64,000 nucleotides of DNA, taken from Oikopleura dioica (lineage: Eukaryota; Animalia; Chordata). Below the pieces are notes generated by a model, which was not told where the DNA came from, did not search any database, and worked only from the letters and a program-made list of their open reading frames with translations. The position numbers and the translations under genes are program-made. The DNA lies in contig OU015569.1 in assembly GCA_907165135.1 (NCBI GenBank), forward strand, positions 12,834,001-12,898,000, read 5' to 3'. Below are positions 54,581 through 64,000 of this stretch, piece by piece (positions within the stretch are counted from its first letter, which is position 1; each line of letters starts with the position of its first letter).

Positions 54581-55698
54581 TTATAGTTTTTTTGCTCAGC
54601 GATTTTTCCTTGGCTCTGTTTTTCAGGACAGTTTCGACCAATATGCCCCTGCTTATGGCAATTGAAACACAAAATTCTGGGGCAGCGAGACTTAAAATGA
54701 CCATATTGCTGACAGTTGAAGCAAAAAGGAATTGGGCGTGGCGCGTAGCCGGGATTTTGACTCATATGACCCGACTGAGAGCCCCAAAAGGGAGCTGGGA
54801 ATCTTTGGGCTGGAATTTGGGGCATCGGGGGCATTGGGGGATTTGGTTGAAAACCTGGCCTTTTCTCCTCTTTACTCTTTTCGAGCTCGAGTTTAGCTAC
54901 AGTCGCCGTAAGTTTATTTATACTGTCAGTAAATTCAGCCGCTCGTTTTTCGTACATGCTCTCCATTTGGCTAAGTTTTGCGTCCAAAATTTCGCTCGTT
55001 TTATCTACAAACGATGAAAAATCGTTTCCGTGAACGGCGGAAATGTTGACGCTAAGGTAACGTTCCCGCGAATCCAAGAAGCTCACGATTTCAGCGGTTG
55101 TTTTTTTATTAAACCCGTGGTCCCGTAAAAAAGTTCGATTCGAGGGCTCTAAATTCTTTGCAAAATGTGAATCAACGATAAAATCGACCGCATCTTGCTT
55201 ATCCGAAATTAATTTTGCAACTGTTTTGATTCGCTGCAAGAATGCCGAAAATTTCTCGTTCATGTCGGTTCGCCTTGTGAGATTTTCTAATTCAACGGAT
55301 GCCCGCTCCTTTTTTTCCTCCTCGGTTTCTAAACCAAAAAGACTTTCAAGAAATTCGAACGCACCCTCAACTGTTTCCAAATTAGACATTTCACGCGCGT
55401 AATTATTGAGAAAATCATGGGAACAGTTATTGCGAATACAGTCAACAGACGCGCGCTCAAATTGCGAAAGTAAATTAATTTTATCGGCCTCTCGCCCGTG
55501 GTCTGTGATTGATTTCTCAAAAATCGTTTTCATCGCTTGAATCTTATCTTTGAGACTATTTTTAGAATTCGAAAATTCGAAAGGAAGCATGTTCTGTCGG
55601 AAAAACTGTCGGGGATTGAGAGTGGGAAAATGCGAAAAAAGCAATTCTTCAGGCATTTTGTGTACCTTTGTTTGCAGGCTCGGTTCGGTGGTCGCCAT
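54526..55698 (-). CDS. gag: Gag with two CCHC zinc knuckles
   Basis: 390-aa ORF; CFNCQQYGHFKSRC and CFNCHKQGHIGRNC. Confidence 0.93.
   Translation of the reverse strand: MATTEPSLQTKVHKMPEELLFSHFPTLNPRQFFRQNMLPFEFSNSKNSLKDKIQAMKTIFEKSITDHGREADKINLLSQFERASVDCIRNNCSHDFLNNYAREMSNLETVEGAFEFLESLFGLETEEEKKERASVELENLTRRTDMNEKFSAFLQRIKTVAKLISDKQDAVDFIVDSHFAKNLEPSNRTFLRDHGFNKKTTAEIVSFLDSRERYLSVNISAVHGNDFSSFVDKTSEILDAKLSQMESMYEKRAAEFTDSINKLTATVAKLELEKSKEEKRPGFQPNPPMPPMPQIPAQRFPAPFWGSQSGHMSQNPGYAPRPIPFCFNCQQYGHFKSRCPRILCFNCHKQGHIGRNCPEKQSQGKIAEQKNYKTGPILAKSGFLKFQSIK
55680..55697 (-). promoter_or_regulatory. Primer-binding site
   Basis: TGGCGACCACCGAACCG immediately follows the ...GCATCA end of the 5' LTR; TGG pairs with the tRNA CCA end; cognate tRNA not identified. 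Confidence 0.75.
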
Positions 55699-56718
55699 GA
55701 TGCCGCTCTATAAATCTCTAAGCTAGCTAACTTGCAAGGGAGACACTAAAATTCGGAAATCGGCGCTTTTGTATTTGGTAAGATAGAGAGTGATTTTCAA
55801 ATTTCAGAAATTTCAAATTTCTTTTCGCGCAGCTGCGTTTCTTTCCAAATAAGGCGCAGCGCTTTTCGCGCTATTGTTTTTCTTTCCAAATATGGCGCAG
55901 CGCTTTCGCGCATTTGTGTCTTCGTTGTTTTCAATTTTCCAAGCAGCCGATTCCGAGCAAGAATTTTCTTATCAAAGGTCAACTTCCCACGATGTGGCCA
56001 TATCACTTTGATAAGAATCGTTATCAGTCCATTATCCGAAGTCGTAGTCAGTCCAAGCAGTTGTCATCGTCGTTGTAGAAGAAGTTGTCGTTTTTGCAGA
56101 AAGCTGCGGTTTTGTCGTAAATTCAGGAGATAGCCAATCATCCTGAAATCGAGCCAAAAAGGTGTTTCAAACAATAACGCCTACCAGGAGCAGTTACTGA
56201 CAGCGCCATCCCGCGGGGCACGGGGACACACTGTCAAGCCGCAAATGCGGAACTCGGCTGGGGATGAGAGAACATACAACTTGTTCTAATTAAAATTACT
56301 GAAGCAGTCCGTCGTTTTAATCGTTTTTGGATCGTCAGCGTCGTCGAGAAGAATCAAGGAAGAGAATCGTTTTTTAAGAAGAAAATAAATGTTGTTACTG
56401 TAACTAGAAAAGATGTTTAGTAGTAGATGATAAGAGTATGATTATAATTGAGTCCTAAAAGCGTGAATATTAACGCCCGAAGACGGTTGGCTAATGTGCC
56501 TTTAAATGATGTGAAATAGCGCGTACGCTACAAGAAGAAGGGATTATGATGTACTCATGCAAGCATTTCACAGAATTGGCTCAAGATTCCGTGTTTAACA
56601 GTCCGTTTGTGACAATTACAAAAATCTATCCGAGTTAGCGAAGCTGGCCGTGAATTAAATGAATTCGATTTTATTATATTTTTTTTGTCTTTTGATGTTC
56701 TTCCGTTAACTGGTATTA
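55698..56718 (-). repeat. 5' LTR
   Basis: Direct repeat of 48901-49921; abuts the PBS. Confidence 0.95.
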
Positions 56719-59207
56719 GTCATCGTTATCATGAATCGCCCAAAAACGAGGTCAAAATTTTGAAATTTCGTTTTTTGCCCTAATTTTTTTTGCAGCGTTT
56801 CTGCCGTCTTCCGAGCGTCATTTTGGTTGACTCTGAGCCTCATAAACCCAACAGAAAAAAAAATTCAAAACAAAAATTTTTTTTCGATGGTCATCGTTAT
56901 CATGAATCGCCCAAAAACGAGGTCAAAATTTTGAAAATTCGTTTTTTGCCTTAATTTTATTTGCAGCGTTTCTGCCGTCTTCCGAGCGTCATTTTGGTTG
57001 ATTCTGAGCCTCTCAAACCCAACAGAAAAAAACCAAAAAAATTTTTCGATGGTCATCGTTATCATGAATCGCTCAAAAACGAGGTCAAAATTTTGAAATT
57101 TCGTTTTTGCATTTATTTTATTTGCAGCATTTCTGCCGTCTTCCGAGCGTCATTTTGGTTGATTCTGAGCCTCTAAAACCCAACAGAAAAAAAATTCAAA
57201 AAAAAATTTTTTTTTCGATGGTCATCGTTATCATGAATCGCCCAAAAACGAGGTCAAAATTTTGAAATTTCGTTTTTTGCCCTAATTTTATTTGCAGCGT
57301 TTCTGCCGTCTTCCAAGCATCATTTTGTTTGATTCTGAGCCTCTCAAACCCAACAGAAAAAAAATTAAAAAAAAAATTTTTTTTTTCGATGGTCATCGTT
57401 TTCATGAATCGCCCAAAAACGAGGTCAAAATTTTGAAATTTCGTTTTTTGCCCTAATTTTATTTGCAGCGTTTCTGCCGTCTTCCGAGCGTCATTTTGGT
57501 TGATTTTGAGCCTTTCAAACCCAACAGAAAAAACCAAAAAAAAAAAATTTTTTTTCGATGGTCATCGTTATCATGAATCGCCCAAAAACGAGGTCAAAAT
57601 TTTAAAATTTCGTTTTTTGCCCTTATTTTATTTGCATCGTTTCTGCCGTCTTTCAAACGTCATTTTGGTTGATTCTGAGCCTCTCAAACCCAACAGAAAA
57701 AAAATTCAAAAAAAAAAATTTTTTTTCGATGGTCATCGTTATCATGAATCGCCCAAAAACGAGGTCAAAATTTTGAAATTTCGTTTTTGGCCCTAATTTT
57801 ATTTGCAGCGTTTCTGCCGTCTTCCGAGCGTCATTTTGGTTGATTTTGAGCCTCTCAAACCCAACAGAAAAAAAATTCAAAAAAAAAATTCTTTTTTCGA
57901 TGGTCATCGTTATCATGAATCGCCCAAAAACGAGGTCAAAATTTTGAAATTTCGTTTTTTGCCCTTATTTTATTTGCAACGTTTCAACCGTCTTCCGTGC
58001 GTCATTTTGGTTGATTCTGAGCCTCTCAAACCCAACAGAAAAAAAATTCAAAAAAAAAATTTTTTTTCGATGGTCATCGTTATCATGAATCGCCCAAAAA
58101 CGAGGTCAAAATTTTGAAATTACGTTTTTTGCATTTATTTTATTTGCAGCGTTTCTGCCGTCTTCCGAGCGTCATTTTGGTTGATTATGAGCCTCTCAAA
58201 CCCAACAGAAAAAATTCAAAAAATTTTTTTCGATGGTCATCGTTATCATGAATGGCCCAAAAACGAGGTCAAAATTTTAAAAGTTCGTTTTTTGCCCTAA
58301 TTTTATTTGCAGCGTTTCTGCCGTCTTCCGAGCGTCATTTTGGTTGATTTTGAGCCTCATAAACCCAACAGAAAAAAAATTCAAAAAAAAAATTTTTTTT
58401 CGATGGTCGTCGTTATCATGAATCGCCCAAAAACGAGGTCAAAATTTTGAAATTTCGTTTTTTGCCCTAATTTTATTTGCAGCGTTTCTGCCGTCTTCCA
58501 AGCATCATTTTGTTTGATTCTGAGCCTCTCAAACCCAACAGAAAAAATCAAAAAATTTTTTTCGATGGTCATCGTTTTCATGAATCGCCCAAAAACGAGG
58601 TCAAAATTTTGAAATTTCGTTTTTGCCCTAATTTTATTTGCAGCGTTTCTGCCGTCTTCCGAGCGTCATTTTGGTTGATTTTGAGCCTCTCAAACTCAAC
58701 AGAAAAAAAAACCAAAAAAAAAATTTTTTTTTCGATGGTCATCGTTATCATGAATCGCCCAAAAACGAGGTCAAAATTTTAAAATTTCGTTTTTTGCCCT
58801 TATTTTATTTGCAGCGTTTCTGCCGTCTTTCAAACGTCATTTTGGTTGATTCTGAGCCTCTCAAACCCAACAGAAAGAAAATTCAAAAAAAAAAATTTTT
58901 TTTCGATGGTCATCGTTATCATGAATCGCCCAAAAACGAGGTCAAAATTTTGAAATTTCGTTTTTGGCCCTAATTTTATTTGCAGCGTTTCTGCCGTCTT
59001 CCGAGCGTCATTTTGGTTGATTTTGAGCCTCTCAAACCCAACAGAAAAAAAATTCAAAAAAAAAATTCTTTTTTCGATGGTCATCGTTATCATGAATCGC
59101 CCAAAAACGAGGTCAAAATTTTAAAATTTCGTTTTTTGCCCTTATTTTATTTGCAGCATTTCTGCCGTCTTCCGAGCGTCATTTTGGTTGATTCTGAGCC
59201 TCTAAAA
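56719..59207 (+). repeat. ~165-bp satellite resumed, ~15 copies, with a 1,177-bp (7-mer) higher-order duplication
   Basis: Resumes in phase after the TSD; blocks at 57653 and 58830, and at 57803 and 58980, give near-identical translations 1,177 bp apart. Confidence 0.95.
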
Positions 59208-59215
59208 CGATTAGT

Positions 59216-59560
59216 GGACATTACAAATAAACGGACATTACAAACGACGGACATAACAAATAAACGGACATTACAAATATGTTTGTTATGTCCGATATAT
59301 TTGTTATGTCCGCATATTTGTAATGTCCGTTAATTTGTAATGTCCTTCTTTTGTAATGTCCGTTTATTTGTAATGTCCGTTTTATTTGTAATGTCCATAT
59401 GTTTGTAATGTCCGTTTATTTGTAATGAACGTTTGATTTGTAATGTCCGTATATTTGTAATTGCCATGTGTTTGAAATGTCCTTTTTATTTGTAATGTCC
59501 GTTTTATTTGTAATGTAGGCTTTATTTGAAATGTCCGTTTATTTGTAATGAACGTTTGAT
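59216..59560. repeat. ~19-bp minisatellite with an orientation flip near 59280
   Basis: GGACATTACAAATAAAC copies followed by TTGTAATGTCCGTTTAT copies. Confidence 0.9.
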
Positions 59561-62500
59561 TGTCCACAATTGTCAACAATTGTCCACAAACAATTGGACA
59601 ATCTCTAAAAAATGCCGTCATCACAGGTTCTGGCAACGTTCTTCACGGATTTTATGTCGAGATGTACTGCACTCAACTATAAATTTTTGTAACAAAATGT
59701 CATTATCGGAATTCTCAAGAAAGCCTGTTTTACCGATTCTGGCAATAAATTTGACGGATTTGGACTCGAGATGTATTCGTAACGATTGAATTTTTTGTGT
59801 CAACAAACAAATGGACAATCTCTTATAAATGCCGTCGCCACAGATTCTGGCAACGTTCTTAACAGATTTTATTTCGAGATGTTCTTAACTCAACTATTAA
59901 TTTTGTAAGAAAATCTCATTATCGGAATTCTCTAAAAGCCTGTTTTTCCGATTTTGGCAATGAATTTGACCGATTTGGACTCAAGATGTACTCGTAACGA
60001 TTGAATTTTTGTGACAACGAATAATTGGACATTCTCTTACGAATGCCGTCGTCTCAGGTTCTGGCAACGTTCTGAACGGATTTTATGGCGAGCTGTACTA
60101 AACTCAACTATTAGTTTTGTAGCAAAATCTCATCATCGGAATTCTCTAGAAAGCCTGTTTTTCCGATTCTGGCAATGAATTTGACGGATTTGGACTCGAG
60201 ATGTAATCGTAACGATTGAATTTTTTGTGACCAAAAACAATTCGACAATCTCTTATAAATGCCGACGTCATAAATTCTGGCAACTTTTTTAACGGATTTT
60301 ATGTCGAGATGAACTAAACTCAACGATCTATTTTGTACGAAAATCTCATTATCGGAATTCTCTTGAAAGCCTGTTTTTCCGATTTTGGCAACGAATTTGA
60401 CGGATTTGGACTCGAGATGTACTCATAACGATTGTATTTTTGTGTCCACAAACAAATGGACAATCTCTTATAATTGCCGTCGTCTCAGGTTCTGGCAACG
60501 TTCTGAACGGATTTTATGGCGAGATGTACTAAACTCAACTATAAGTTTTGTAGCAAAATCTCATCATCGGAATTCTCTAGAAAGCCTGTTTTTCCGATTC
60601 TTGCAACGAATTTGACGGATTCTGAGTCGAGATGTACTCGTTACGATTGAATTTTTTGTGACCACAAACAATTGGACAATCTCTTATAAATGCTGTCGTC
60701 ACAGGTTCTTGCAATGTTCTGAATGGATTTTATGTCGAGATGTACTGATCTCAACAATTTATTCTGTAAGAAAATCTCATTATCGGAATCCTCTTGAAAG
60801 CCTGTTTTTCCGATTCTGGCAACGAATTTGACGGATTCGGAGTCGAGATGAACTCGTAACGATTAAATTTTTTGTGACCACAAACAATTCGAAAATCTCT
60901 TACAAATGCCGTCGTCACAGGCTCTGGCAACGTTCTTTACGGATTTATGTCGAGATGAACTCAACTCAACTATTAATTTTGTAAGAAAATCTCATTATCG
61001 GAATCCTCTTGAAAGCCTGTTTTTCCGATTCTGGCAACGAATTTGACGGATTCGGAGTCGAGATGAACTCGTAACGATAAAATTTTTGTGACCACAAACA
61101 ATTCGAAAATCTCTTACAAATGCCGTCGTCACAGGCTCTGGCAACGTTTTTTACGGATTTTATGTCGAGATGTACTTTACTCAATTATTAATTTTGTATT
61201 AGAATCTCATTATCGGAATTCTCAAGAAAGTATGTTTTCCGATTCTGGCAAGAAATTTGACGGATTCGGAGTCGAGATATTCTCGTAACGATTAATTTTT
61301 TTGTGACCACAAACAATTGCAAAATCTCTTATAAATGTCGTGGTCACAAATTCTGGCAACGTTCTTAACGGATTTATGTCGAGATGAACTTAACTCAACT
61401 ATCTATTTTGTAAGAAAATCTCATTATCGGAATTCTCTAGAAAGCCTGTTTTACCGATTCTGGCAACTAATTCGACGGATTTAGTGTCGAGATGTACTCG
61501 GAACGATTAAATTTTTTTTGTCCACAATTAATTGGACAATCTCTTATAAATGCAGTCGTCACAGGTTCTGGCAACGTTCTTAACGGAATTTATGTCGAGA
61601 TGTACTTAACTCAACTCTAAATTTTGTAACCAAATCTCATTATCGAAATTCTCTAGAAAGCTCATTTTTCCGATTTTGGCAACGAGATGTACTCGTAACG
61701 ATTGAATTTTTTGTGACCACAAACAAGTGGACAATCACTAATAAATGCCGTCGTCACAGGTTCTGGCAACGTTCTGAATTGATTTTATGTCGAGATGTAC
61801 TTATCTCAACAATTAATATTGCAAGAAAATTTCATAATCGCAATTCTCTAGAAAGCCTGTTTTTCCGATTTTGGCAACGAATTTGACGGATTTGGACTCG
61901 AGATGAACTCGTAACGATTGAATTTTTTGTGACCAAAAACAATTCGACAATCTCTTATAAATGCCGACGTCATAAATTCTGGCAACTTTTTTAACGGATT
62001 TTATGTCGAGATGAACTAAACTCAACTATCTATTTTGTACGAAAATCTCATTATCGGAATTCTCTAAGAAGCCTGTTTTTCCGATTTTGGCAACGAATTT
62101 GACGGATTTGGACTCGAAATGTACTCATAACGATTGTATTTTTTGTGTCCACAAACAAATGGACAATCTCTTATAAATGCCGTCGTCTCAGGTTTGGTAA
62201 CGTTCTGAACGGATTTTATGGCGAGATGTACGAAACTCAACTATCTATTTTGTACGAAAATCTCATTATCGGAATTCTCTAGAAAGCCTGTTTTTCCGAT
62301 TTTGGCAACGAATTTGACGGATTTGGACTCAAGATGTACTCGTAACGATTGAATTTTTTGTGACAACGAATAATTGGACATTCTCTTACGAATGCCGTCG
62401 TCTCAGTTTCTGGCAACGTTCTGAACGGATTTTATGGCGAGATTGACTAAACTCAACTATTAGTTTTGAAGCAAAATCTCATCAGCGGAATTCTCCGGAA

Positions 62501-64000
62501 AGCCTGTTTTCCGATTCTGGCAATGAATTTGACGGATTTGGACTCGAGATGTAATCGTAACGATTGAATTTTTTGTGACCAAAAACAATTCGACAATCTC
62601 TTATAAATTCCGACGTCATAAATTCTGGCAACTTTTTTAACGGATTTTATGTCGAGATGAACTTAACTCAACGATCTATTTTGTACGAAAATCTCATTAT
62701 CGGAATTCTCTAGAAAGCCTGTTTTTCCGATTTTGGCAACGAATTTGACGGATTTAAAGTCGAGATGTACTCGTAACGATTGAATTTTTTGTGACCACAA
62801 ACAACTCGACAATCTCTTATAAATGCCGTGGTCACAAATTCTGGCAACTTTTTTAACGGATTTTATGTCGAGATGAACTAAACTCAACTATCTATTTTGT
62901 ACGAAAATCTCATTATCGGAATTCTCTAGAAAGCCTGTTTTTCCGATTTTGGCAACGAATTTGACGGATTTGGACTCGAGATGTACTCATAACGATTGTA
63001 TTTTTTGTGTCTACGAACAAATGGACAATCTCTTATAAATGCCGTCGTCTCAGGTTCTGGCAACGTTCTGAACGGATTTTATGGCGAGATGTACTAAACT
63101 CAACTATTAGTTTTGTAGCAAAATCTCATCATCGGAATTCTCTAGAAAGCCTGTTTTTCCGATTCTGGCAATGAATTCGACGGATTTGGACTCGAGATGT
63201 ACTCGTTACGATTGAATTTTTTGTGACCAAAAACAATTCGACAATCTCTTATAAATGCCGTGGTCACAAATTCTTGCAACGTTCTTAACGGATTAAATGT
63301 CGAGATGAACTTATCTCAACTATTAATTTTGTAAGAAAATCTCATTATCGGAATTCTCTAGAAAGCCTGTTTTCCGATTTTGGCAACGAATTTGACGGAT
63401 TTAAAGTCGAAATGTACTCGTAACGATTGAATTTTTTGTGACCACAAACAATTGGACAATCTCTTATAAATGCCGTCGTCATAAATTCTGGCAACGTTCG
63501 TAACGGATTTAATGTCGAGATGAACTTAACTCAACTATCTGTTTTGATTCTGGCAACGAATTTGACAGATTTAGAGTCGTGATGTACTCGTAACGATTAA
63601 ATTTTTTGTGACCACAAACAATTGGACAATCTCTTATAAATGCCGTCTTCTTTTTTCTGGCAAATTTTTTACCGGATTTTATGTCGAGATGAACTTAACT
63701 CAAGTATCTATTTTGTACGAAAATCTCATTATCGGAATATTCTAGAAAGCCTGTTTTCTGATTCTGGCAACGAATTTGACGGATTTAGAGTCGAGATGTA
63801 CTCGTAACGATTAAATTTTTTTTGTCCACAATTAATTGGACATTCTCTTACGAATGCCGTCGTCTCAGGTTCTGGCAACGTTCTGAACGGATTTTATGGC
63901 GAGATGTACTAAACTCGACTATTAGTTTTGTAGCAAAATCTCATAATCGGAATTCTCTAGAAAGCCTGTTTTTCCGATTCTGGCAACGAATTTGACGGAT
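59561..64000 (+). repeat. ~215-bp satellite, ~20 copies, runs off the right edge
   Basis: AAAGCCTGTTTT recurs at 59723, 59938, 60153, 60369, 60584...; variant monomer types recur. Confidence 0.95.

Larger units (their letters stand above)
48901..56718 (-). mobile_element. Full-length Ty3/gypsy LTR retrotransposon (Tor-like by inference), 7,818 bp, no env ORF
   Basis: Two 1,021-bp LTRs, GTCAT TSD (48896-48900 and 56719-56723), gag and PR-RT-RH-IN order. Confidence 0.97.

Noticed and set aside
47681-62887. ORFs in the 165-bp and 215-bp satellites
   Set aside because: Repeat-derived and broken by homopolymer length changes; useful only as markers of higher-order periodicity.

Overview
Eukaryotic genomic DNA, not prokaryotic. 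Very compact genes with many 40-70 bp introns, several GA-AG introns and a Ty3/gypsy element point to the appendicularian tunicate Oikopleura. This is an inference; no database search was run. Bases ~1-41,400 are gene-dense. They contain an O-fucosyltransferase-family gene (runs off the left edge), Rab27, an arylsulfatase B-like gene with two apparent homopolymer frameshifts, ABCC1/MRP1-like, a coiled-coil/discoidin-like gene, an ankyrin/coiled-coil/RING gene, a CNBD2-like gene and a 3'-only importin-alpha-3 fragment. About 18 copies of one palindromic MITE family (8-bp TSDs in two copies) are scattered through this half, nearly all in introns, and a ~6-kb nested stack of inverted-repeat elements sits at 26.1-32.2 kb. 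Bases ~41,500-64,000 are a patchwork of four tandem-repeat families (~56, ~165, ~19 and ~215 bp). They are interrupted by MITEs and by a young 7.8-kb LTR retrotransposon (1,021-bp LTRs, GTCAT TSD). Its Pol has NMDD in place of YxDD and a ~400-aa integrase tail ending in two helical repeats. Exon boundaries were read by eye and are approximate where stated.
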